Part shown: piece by piece, positions 1 through 7,289 of the stretch
Position numbering within the stretch: position 1 is the first letter of the stretch
Layout of the letters: each line of letters opens with the position of its first letter
Source: an uncultured archaeon
GTDB taxonomy: Archaea > Asgardarchaeota > Lokiarchaeia > Sigyniarchaeales > SOKP01
DNA: 14,660 nucleotides
NCBI GenBank assembly: GCA_964525635.1
Contig: CAZGJX010000101.1
Span: 1 to 14,660, forward strand
Direction: 5' to 3'
Notes under the pieces: generated by a model
Database searches by the model: none
What the model saw: the letters and a program-made list of their open reading frames with translations, nothing else
Told to the model about the DNA's origin: nothing
Made by a program: the position numbers and the translations under genes

Positions 1-300
1 AATTGGTCTGATACAGCATCATTTAGTACAGTAAATAAATTATTAAATCCTTCTAAAATATTATTTCTAGGAGGATTAGAAAGGAAATCACAGACTATTA
101 AACTAAGTATACGCTGTACTCGGAAATATTTAAAAGAAAATAGTGGTGAAGGTGTAAATAAGATTATTAGTAGAATAAAAAGTGATCTAGGAGGAACAGG
201 AGGAGGTCATAAGTTAGCTGGAGGAATCCGTCTTTCAAAAGCCTCCTATAAAAGATTAAAAGAAAACATAGATGATTTCATAACAAATTCAACCCATTAA
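1..300 (+). CDS. 3' end of DHH-family phosphoesterase (DHHA1 domain; RecJ/GAN-like), partial
   Basis: Frame 1 is open from the window edge to TAA at 298-300. It reads ...IKLSIRCT...DLGGTGGGHKLAGGIRL..., where the S-x-R and GGGH-xx-AGG motifs are typical of DHHA1. Not in the supplied ORF track. Confidence 0.8.
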   Translation, partial: NWSDTASFSTVNKLLNPSKILFLGGLERKSQTIKLSIRCTRKYLKENSGEGVNKIISRIKSDLGGTGGGHKLAGGIRLSKASYKRLKENIDDFITNSTH

Positions 301-314
301 GAGATTCTTTTAAT

Positions 315-614
315 ATGAGTTTTATAAAGAAAAAAACAGATACAGTTTTTATTTTATCTATATATGTAAAACCAAATGCTCACCAACAAGAAATAAGTGA
401 AGATGATAAACTACTACTAATATCATTAAAATCAAAACCTGAGAGAAATAAAGCTAATAAAGAATTAATAAAACTATTGCAAAGAAAATTAAATATATCT
501 TCAGATCAAATTCATTTCACATCTGGTTTAAGAAGCCAATATAAATCAATCCAAATTAATTTTAAAAATAAAATGGATAAAGAAATTATGTATAATATGT
601 TATTAAAAAAATAA
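315..614 (+). CDS. DUF167/UPF0235 (YggU-like) protein
   Basis: 99 aa with VKPNA, P-x-x-NKANKELIKLL and I-x-x-x-SG-x-x-S-x-x-K motifs. Confidence 0.88.
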   Translation: MSFIKKKTDTVFILSIYVKPNAHQQEISEDDKLLLISLKSKPERNKANKELIKLLQRKLNISSDQIHFTSGLRSQYKSIQINFKNKMDKEIMYNMLLKK

Positions 615-675
615 TAATTTAAAAGAGTTTAAAATTTAGAGAATTTATTAATAATTAACATTTCATTATTAAACT

Positions 676-1324
676 ATGAGTATTTTAGACAATTTATTTA
701 GCCAATATATCTTTATTTTAAAGGAAATTTTATCTAAATTGTATATTGATCAACAAGTTGAGAATATTATTCTACAAATGGAAAAAGAATTTACAAAATT
801 AATAGATTCTGAATTAACCAAGAATGTTACTCTAAAGGATATTAATCAAAAAACACACATAGTAACACCCTGTTTTATGATAGCTCTTTATCGAGTTTTA
901 AATGGAATTCCCTCTATTACCGTTTCTTTAGAACTAATTAGTGATATTATGATGGATGTATTTTAAGAATTTGTTGGACCATTGGTAGAAATGCAAAAAA
1001 CAAGATTAAAAAATGCAAATGATAAATGGAATAAATATAAAGAACAGACTGTTTTTGGAACAAAAAGCACCTATAATTCATTTGATCCCATCTTTGTAAA
1101 AAACAATGAAACTATTCTTGAGTTTCATTTAAAAAAATGCATTTTCTATGATATATTCAAAGCTCATGAAGAAATTCATCTATCTCCAATATTATGCAAT
1201 TATGATAATATCTTTGGCTGATGCTGTAGATGAATGGATCTGCTTTAAAAGGCCTAAAACAATTGCTGATGGAGAGGATTATTGTCAATTTATATATTCC
1301 CCCAAAAAAAGTCAATATAAATGA
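676..1324 (+). pseudogene. Disrupted L-2-amino-thiazoline-4-carboxylic acid hydrolase-like family gene
   Basis: ORFs 676-966 and 982-1221 share one frame, split by TAA at 964-966 (MMDVF*EFVGPLVEMQ). One extra G at 1216/1217 then shifts the frame. The continuation 1217-1324 reads ADAVDEWICFKRPKTIADGEDYCQFIYSPKKSQYK*. The family pattern C-x-F...LC-x-x-D...R-x-x-TIA-x-G-x-x-x-C-x-F is complete across the three pieces. Confidence 0.8.
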
Positions 1325-1385
1325 TTTTGAATAAAATCAGAAAAAGTAAAGGATCAATCTCTTAAATTATATAATACATTAAATC

Positions 1386-1767
1386 CTAGCTTCCTATTTT
1401 TCTCATTTTTCCACATCTTAAACAGATGATAAAGTGTTTTATGGCTTAAAATGAAAGTATTTTAAGCTGTCATACCCTCATCTGCACTTCTGGTCTGGCG
1501 TGTTTCTAATTGAGCCTTATCATATCCACACTTAGGACATTTAAAATCTTTTATTGTACTTTTTAAATTCTCATCTTTCCATTGTAGTATTTCTTTTGCA
1601 TTAATTATTTCTTCTCTATAAGAATGGGTTATTTTTGTTGATAATTTATAAGCCTCTGATTTTTTTTCAGAAAATATTTTTGAAGCACCACATTTACATT
1701 TAAATATTTTCTTACCATCCTGAGTTGAGGGAACCATAAGACCTCCACATTGATCACAAAATTCCAA
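1386..1767 (-). CDS. tfs: Transcription factor S (TFS/RpoM; TFIIS/RPB9-like), two exons: 1767-1469 and 1437-1386, 116 aa when spliced
   Basis: N-terminal MEFCDQCGGLM...CKCG zinc ribbon and C-terminal CPKCG...QTRSADEGMT. After removal of 31 nt it continues HFIICLRCGKMRKIGS* (TAG at 1388-1386), supplying the last CxxC. TTG start with GGTGAT upstream. Confidence 0.93.
1438..1468 (-). other. 31-nt bulge-helix-bulge (BHB) intron in the tfs mRNA (predicted)
   Basis: Minus strand reads UAUG-ACA-GCUUAAAAU-ACUUUC-AUUUUAAGC-CAUA-AAA-CAC. This gives a 4-bp central helix UAUG/CAUA, two 3-nt bulges (ACA, AAA) on opposite strands and a perfect 9-bp intron stem. Cuts at AC^A and AA^A rejoin to ATG ACA CAC TTT in frame. 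Confidence 0.88.
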
Positions 1768-1772
1768 TTAAA

Positions 1773-1778
1773 ATCACC
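1773..1778 (-). promoter_or_regulatory. Shine-Dalgarno-like site (GGTGAT) of tfs
   Basis: GGTGAT lies 5 nt before the TTG start at 1767, matching the archaeal anti-SD complement. Confidence 0.65.
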
Positions 1779-1821
1779 ATTTTATGTAATATATATTAAA
1801 CCAAAAATTTTTCTCTTTTAA

Positions 1822-2799
1822 CTAATATTTTAATCCAAAAATTAGTGCACAAAATAAAACACCAACGACAATATCAGCAGTAGTTCCAGGATTCATTTTA
1901 CCTTTTTCATTATGTAGAAATTCATCTAGTTCATTAGTTAATTTTGTTCCTTTTAATGTTTTTAATCCTCCAGAATCTATTACATTTTTTGCTTTTTTTG
2001 AAATTATTTCAGCAGATTTAATACCAGATTTTCTAATAATTAATGTATCTGGGTATTTTGATAAAATATCTAAAAATGTATTTACTATTGCAATGTTTAT
2101 ATCATGGGTTTGATTAAAAATGTTAGTAAAACTTGGTAATCCTTCATGTAAAATAATGTTGAATCCCGTTGAATATTCTTTACTTATCAAATCAGAATCT
2201 TGAGAAATCTCAAAGATTCTTTTTAATGTTATCTGATCCTTTTCAATCTGTTTAATGGAAGTTTTATCATTTAAATCATATTTATCAACTCTTCCAAGCC
2301 CTCCGACATTAGACATTCTAATTGCTTCGTATAGATATTTTGTATCTTGAATTGTTGTATCTTCAATAGTTTTCTTTAAAACTGATTTAAAATCATGAAA
2401 ATATAATCTATTTGTATTTAAACAAATAACTGCGGTGGCAACAAGGGGGGCTAATATTAAAATATGTCCTAAAATAACATTGCCACCATACTGCCATTCA
2501 ATCATTTTCTCAGCAGCATCCCTGAAAAATAAACCTAAATTGACATAGCTGAGATTATCTTTGTTTATTTTGGAATTTTCTCTAATACTTTCACAAAACT
2601 TATTAAAATTAGGTTGTATTGCTGCAATACCTGCTAAAAAATGTTCAAAACGTGTATTTTGGGAATTTTTTGTACGATGAATATTTCCAGGTTTAGGATA
2701 ACCAGAAATTTCTAATAAACTTGACAATATGATACATCTTGCGATATCATCATTGTTTTTAACACTTAAAGGGGAATCCTTGTAAATATTAATTGACAC
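1822..2799 (-). CDS. citG: CitG-family (triphosphoribosyl-dephospho-CoA synthase-like) protein, archaeal type
   Basis: LLE-x-x-x-x-PKPGNIHR, N-x-x-LG-x-x-x-L-x-PL, PDTLI-x-RK-x-G and NPGTTADI motifs. Confidence 0.88.
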   Translation of the reverse strand: MSINIYKDSPLSVKNNDDIARCIILSSLLEISGYPKPGNIHRTKNSQNTRFEHFLAGIAAIQPNFNKFCESIRENSKINKDNLSYVNLGLFFRDAAEKMIEWQYGGNVILGHILILAPLVATAVICLNTNRLYFHDFKSVLKKTIEDTTIQDTKYLYEAIRMSNVGGLGRVDKYDLNDKTSIKQIEKDQITLKRIFEISQDSDLISKEYSTGFNIILHEGLPSFTNIFNQTHDINIAIVNTFLDILSKYPDTLIIRKSGIKSAEIISKKAKNVIDSGGLKTLKGTKLTNELDEFLHNEKGKMNPGTTADIVVGVLFCALIFGLKY

Positions 2800-2849
2800 A
2801 TTCTAAAATAAGTTTACAAAGAATATAATTTTTATATTAAAATATAAAA

Positions 2850-3182
2850 TTAATAATAAGAGAATTCAAAAGTTTTTCTTTCTTTTATGGAATATCCATC
2901 TTTTTCTTCATTTTTATATAGAATTGGACGGAAAGTTTCTTTTAGATTTTTTTTAAATAAAAATTTCTTTATTCTAAGTTTAATTGCTCTTTTTGATAAA
3001 TCAGCTGACATGATAATTTCTAATTCATTCCCATTTCTAGCAATTTCTAAATGAGGTAGATGTTCTTTTAAAAATCGAATTAAATCATCAACATGTTGAT
3101 CATTTTTAAAACTGAGATCTTTTGCCTCTACGTAAATAGTTTTGGTAATTTTTGGTTTTTTAGATGGTTTTTTTTTTGCCAT
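2850..3182 (-). CDS. rpl22e: Eukaryote-type large-subunit ribosomal protein eL22 (L22e)
   Basis: 110 aa, basic. SKRAIKLRIKKFLFKKNLKETFRPI...KDGYSIK resembles the eL22 signature SKRYLKYLTKKYLKKxxLRDxxRVVA..K..YELR. FLKE occurs in the preceding helix, and AAGTGAT lies upstream. Confidence 0.8.
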   Translation of the reverse strand: MAKKKPSKKPKITKTIYVEAKDLSFKNDQHVDDLIRFLKEHLPHLEIARNGNELEIIMSADLSKRAIKLRIKKFLFKKNLKETFRPILYKNEEKDGYSIKERKTFEFSYY

Positions 3183-3376
3183 AGTCTAAATCACTTATTA
3201 AGTAAATTAAGGATATTATAAATTTTTTATGATCAAATATAATTTTAAATTCCTTCATTTAAACATTAATTATAATGGAAAAACATAAAATTCAACATTA
3301 TTTATTTGCTAAGTATTAATAACTTTAATATCTATTTTAATAATAATTTTTTAATTTCAAGATTAACACTAAAATA

Positions 3377-4660
3377 GTGAATATTATGGTAGATTATATA
3401 GATTTAGATTATGAACCTGATGAAAATGATTTAATTGTTATGTATTATGTAGAAAAAGCTAGAGACTGTAAAGATTTTAAAAATGTTTGTATGGAGATTG
3501 CTAAAGAAAGTTCAATTGGTACATGGACAGAAATTGCGACTCTATCCGCTGAAATTGCCAGACGATTAAAACCTTCAATATTTTATATAGATGAGACCAA
3601 TGGAATTGTGAAGATTGCTTATACGAAAGATCTGTTTGAGGTAAATAACATTTCACAAATTTTAAGTGCTATAGCTGGAAATATATACGGTATGAAAACT
3701 TTAAATAATTTAAGATTGTTAGATGTTTCTTTTCCTAAAGATATTATAAAAGCTTATAAGGGACCTCAATTTGGAATTGAAGGAATAAGAAACTTAACAA
3801 AAATTGAAAATCGCCCTTTATTAGGAACAATAGTTAAACCAAAAGTAGGATTAAATGAAATGGAGCATGCTAATATATGTGCCCAAGCATGGAAGGGGGG
3901 CCTAGATATTGTTAAAGATGATGAAAATTTAACATCTATGATATTTAACAAGTTTGAACAAAGAATTGAAGAAACTCTTAATAAAAGGGATAAAATAGAA
4001 AATGAAACTGGAGAAAAAAAGATATATATGCCAAATATAACAGCACCTATGAGTATAATGAAAAATAGAGCGGACTTTGTCATTGAACATGGTGGCGAAT
4101 ATATTATGGTTGACATAATAACAGTGGGATTTTCAGCTTTGCAAGAACTAAGAGATTATTTAAATGACAAGAATGTTGTTATCCATGCCCACAGAGCGAT
4201 GCATGCTGCAATCACTAGAAATAATAAACATGGGATGACAATGTTAGCTTTAGCTAAATTAATGCGCCTCATTGGTATGGATCAGCTCCATACAGGAACA
4301 ATTGTTGGAAAAATGGAGGGAGGAAAAAGAGAAGTCTTAGAGATTAATCAAGTAATAACCAAAAAAAAAATAAAAGAGAATAACTTAACGTTAGTAAATC
4401 AAGATTGGGATTTTATAAAACCTACTTTACCTGTAGCATCAGGAGGATTGAGTCCTTTACATGTTCCGGAATTGATTGAATTACTAGGAAAAGATATGGT
4501 TTTTCAATTTGGTGGTGGTTGTCATGGTCATCCTAATGGTACAGAAGCAGGAGCTAAAGCTATAAGAGAAGCAGTTAATGGTGTTATAGAAGGATATTCA
4601 TTACAAGATTTAGCTAAATCAAATAAAGAATTAAAGCAAGCTATTGATAAATGGGCTTAA
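3377..4660 (+). CDS. rbcL: Ribulose-1,5-bisphosphate carboxylase, form III large subunit (probable start ATG 3386)
   Basis: ESSIGTWT, GTIVKPKVGL, GGLDIVKDDE (carbamylated Lys motif), HAHRAMH, HTGT-x-x-GKMEG (loop 6 Lys), PVASGGL and GGG-x-x-GHP are all present. About 425 aa, with no small subunit gene nearby. Confidence 0.96.
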   Translation: MNIMVDYIDLDYEPDENDLIVMYYVEKARDCKDFKNVCMEIAKESSIGTWTEIATLSAEIARRLKPSIFYIDETNGIVKIAYTKDLFEVNNISQILSAIAGNIYGMKTLNNLRLLDVSFPKDIIKAYKGPQFGIEGIRNLTKIENRPLLGTIVKPKVGLNEMEHANICAQAWKGGLDIVKDDENLTSMIFNKFEQRIEETLNKRDKIENETGEKKIYMPNITAPMSIMKNRADFVIEHGGEYIMVDIITVGFSALQELRDYLNDKNVVIHAHRAMHAAITRNNKHGMTMLALAKLMRLIGMDQLHTGTIVGKMEGGKREVLEINQVITKKKIKENNLTLVNQDWDFIKPTLPVASGGLSPLHVPELIELLGKDMVFQFGGGCHGHPNGTEAGAKAIREAVNGVIEGYSLQDLAKSNKELKQAIDKWA

Positions 4661-4757
4661 TATCAATTTATTATTTAATTATTATTTTAAATGAATTATA
4701 ACAATAGTTATGGGTAATTGATTAAAAAAAATAAAAGAAAAGAGTAATATATAAATT

Positions 4758-5939
4758 TTAAAAATATCCATGTCTCATGATATTATTATTATCATTATTC
4801 AAGGTTTTTTGTCTAATTTCTTTATTTATTATTTCCTCTATTTGACATAGATATTTATATTGATCTTCTAAACATAATGTTATTGCTGTTCCTTTTTTGT
4901 TTTGTCTAGAAGTTCTACCAATTCTATGTACATAATTTTCAGGATATTGGGGCACATCATAATTAATAATATGTGAAATATCTTCGATATCTAATCCCCT
5001 TGCAGCAACATCAGTTGCAATTAAAAGATTAATTTGCTTTTTCCTAAATTGTTTTATTATTTTTTCTCTTTGATGTTGAGTTAAATCTCCAGAAATATAG
5101 CCAATTTTATATTCATGGTTTCTATTTTTTAATTTATTATGTAACCAATTTCCGGTTTTTTTTGTATTAACAAATACAATAGCAGAATGTGGTTTTTCTA
5201 TTCTAAGAATTTTTTGAAAATAATTATATTTCTGATCATACGAGTTAATTAAATAGTAAAATTGTTTAGTATTTGTTACTGTCAACTTATCTCTACTTAA
5301 ATTAAGAAATTTAATGTCATTTTTTGAATATCGTTCTACTAATTTCTTTAACTTATAATCAAATGTTGCTGAAAAAAGCATAAATTGGAATTTACTTTTA
5401 ACAGCATCTAAAATAAATCTTATATCAGGTAAAAAACCCATATCTAATAGGCGATCTCCCTCATCTAATACTAAGAAATTTATATTATTTAATTTTAATT
5501 TTCCTCTCAGATATAAATCTTTTAATCGCCCTGGAGTTCCTATAATTATATCATATCCTTTTCTTAATTCATTTATCTGCCGATCAATTGAAACTCCCCC
5601 ATAAATAGGAATAGATTTTATATTGTTATGTTTTAAATCACTAATAAAATCATTCACTTGCAAAGCTAACTCTCTTACTGGTACAATTATAAGGCATTCA
5701 TTTTTAGTATAGGATAATTTTTCAATTATTGGAATGAGATACGCATAGGTTTTTCCAGTACCTGTTTTACTTTGTGCAATAAGATTAGTTCCTCTTAAAA
5801 TTAAAGGAATTACTTTTTCTTGTACTTGTGTAGGTTTTTTAATATTTAAGTTTTTTAGAGCTTCAATATTTTTGTCACTAACATTTAATGTTTTAAATGA
5901 AACTTCTGTCATTTTTTTATTAACTTTTAATTTTGTCAT
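4758..5939 (-). CDS. DEAD-box RNA helicase (DeaD/CshA-like, minimal core; alternative start ATG 5912)
   Basis: Q motif PTQVQ, TGTGKT, PVRELA, GG, TPGR, DEGD, SAT, ATDVAARGLDI and HRIGRTSR. Confidence 0.93.
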   Translation of the reverse strand: MTKLKVNKKMTEVSFKTLNVSDKNIEALKNLNIKKPTQVQEKVIPLILRGTNLIAQSKTGTGKTYAYLIPIIEKLSYTKNECLIIVPVRELALQVNDFISDLKHNNIKSIPIYGGVSIDRQINELRKGYDIIIGTPGRLKDLYLRGKLKLNNINFLVLDEGDRLLDMGFLPDIRFILDAVKSKFQFMLFSATFDYKLKKLVERYSKNDIKFLNLSRDKLTVTNTKQFYYLINSYDQKYNYFQKILRIEKPHSAIVFVNTKKTGNWLHNKLKNRNHEYKIGYISGDLTQHQREKIIKQFRKKQINLLIATDVAARGLDIEDISHIINYDVPQYPENYVHRIGRTSRQNKKGTAITLCLEDQYKYLCQIEEIINKEIRQKTLNNDNNNIMRHGYF

Positions 5940-5960
5940 TATTTAGATTTTAGGTTATTT

Positions 5961-6036
5961 ATTATAAAATTCAAAAATTAACAGAAAAAGTATTTCTTCC
6001 TCTTCTTAACGTATTTTTTATATTGAATTTTATAAT
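5961..6036 (-). repeat. Long inverted repeat / predicted stem-loop upstream of the helicase gene
   Basis: Perfect 14-bp inverted repeat ATTATAAAATTCAA (5961-5974) / TTGAATTTTATAAT (6023-6036). It encloses nested minus-strand helices GUUAA/UUAAU and AGAGGAAG/CUUUUUCU around an AAAUA loop. Confidence 0.65.
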
Positions 6037-6182
6037 TCTATTAAACTAATCACTTATTAATTTAAGTAAATTTTCAAAACTATTAAATTCTTCTATTATG
6101 TTTTTTTTCAATATTATATATATTATTTTAATATATTTGTTGAGTAAAGAGTTAAGTATATAATAAGAGATATTAAAATACC

Positions 6183-7142
6183 TCATTCTGCTAAATCTGG
6201 ATATAATTTTCTAAAATATGTAGGTACGTGACTTGAAGCAAATATTCCTGCTTCACTTATTAATCCATCGATATATCTTCTACTTACTGTTTCGAAAGCA
6301 GGATTCATGATTCTAACATTTGCAGGGGATTTTTCCCATATTTCATGAGGATCACGCATTTCTATTTTTTCAAGAATACCAAATGATGTTTGAGGATTAT
6401 ATTTTAATAGAGGGGATGCTACATAAAACGGTACATGCTCTTCATGGGCAACTAATGCAAGTAATCGTGAACCAATTTTATTTAGTACTGTTCCTTCTGA
6501 GGTTATCGAATCGGCACCTATTAATATAAGATCAACTTCAAAATAATTTACGGCCCATCTCATAGCACTATCCACAACATGAATTACATCTATACCCGCA
6601 TTTTGTAATATCTTCACACTTTTTCTCCCTTGGAACAGAGGTCTAGTTTCTGTTGATATTACTTTAAAATTCTTTCCCTGCTTTATTGCTTCTATTAAAA
6701 TTGCATCAACGAAAGATGAATGACAATGTGTCATCACTATAAACTCATTTGCCATAGCAGTTTCAGGAATTCTCCTAGCACCAAATTCAGCTATTTTCTT
6801 TCGTGCCTTATCAATCATATTTTGATATTCTTCTTTATATTTTAAGATAAGTTCAAGAATTTTACCGCATTCTATCAAATCAATATTTTTTTCTAATTTT
6901 TTAATAATATAATTCAAACCATTCCTCATGGTCGGTTCTGTTTCTCTTGTTTTGAAAAGAATATCTCTAGCTTCATTCAATTTACCAAACCAATCATCAG
7001 GACATTGGCACTCCTTTTCCATTTGATGAGCATAATCACTTAGAAATTGTATCGCAGATAAAGCTACATTTGTAGCACCTTGAATTTCTAAAGATTTGAT
7101 TTTTTTTGCATTCTTATTTAATTCTTCCATAGATATACACAC
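6183..7142 (-). CDS. Ribose-1,5-bisphosphate isomerase (eIF2B/IF-2B family; probable start ATG 7130)
   Basis: EIQGA, MTHCHSS (catalytic Cys), TETRP-x-x-QG, GADSIT (catalytic Asp), NKIGS and NPAFE motifs. RuBisCO lies 1.5 kb away. Confidence 0.85.
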   Translation of the reverse strand: MCISMEELNKNAKKIKSLEIQGATNVALSAIQFLSDYAHQMEKECQCPDDWFGKLNEARDILFKTRETEPTMRNGLNYIIKKLEKNIDLIECGKILELILKYKEEYQNMIDKARKKIAEFGARRIPETAMANEFIVMTHCHSSFVDAILIEAIKQGKNFKVISTETRPLFQGRKSVKILQNAGIDVIHVVDSAMRWAVNYFEVDLILIGADSITSEGTVLNKIGSRLLALVAHEEHVPFYVASPLLKYNPQTSFGILEKIEMRDPHEIWEKSPANVRIMNPAFETVSRRYIDGLISEAGIFASSHVPTYFRKLYPDLAE

Positions 7143-7289
7143 TATTTTTATTGAATAATAATATTATAATTTCATTTATATTTAAAGAAGACTCTCTATT
7201 GTTATAATCTTTTACTGTTTAAAAAATGAGAAAGCAGATTTCTTCAAGGATGTTATAAATCGTATAGTTAATTACTCTTTCCTTAATAT

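Noticed and set aside
964-966. TAA reassignment or an alternative genetic code
   Set aside because: TAA ends most intact genes in the window at their expected C-termini, and no other gene shows a comparable isolated in-frame TAA.
952-985. Possible second BHB intron around the TAA at 964-966 (ATGG 952-955 / CCAT 979-982; removing 958-984 would delete 27 nt in frame)
   Set aside because: Only the 4-bp central helix pairs and both flanking helices fail after 1-2 bp. The removed residues read as plausible coding sequence, and the separate frameshift at 1216 would remain.
1438-1468. Programmed frameshift or a simple sequencing indel as the explanation for the split tfs
   Set aside because: The insert has stops in both relevant frames and adds 31 nt inside a length-conserved motif. 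Its boundaries match BHB cut sites exactly.
1462-1767. The 101-aa ORF as the complete TFS protein
   Set aside because: It lacks the final CxxC, which is encoded at 1424-1413 in exon 2.
3766-4116. 116-aa minus-strand ORF
   Set aside because: Antisense shadow of RuBisCO with no recognisable motifs.
3377-4660. Form IV RuBisCO-like protein, or evidence of a Calvin cycle
   Set aside because: The carboxylase active-site motifs, including the loop 6 Lys, are present. No small subunit or PRK is in the window.
6320-6529. 69-aa plus-strand ORF
   Set aside because: Antisense to the R15P isomerase with no motifs.
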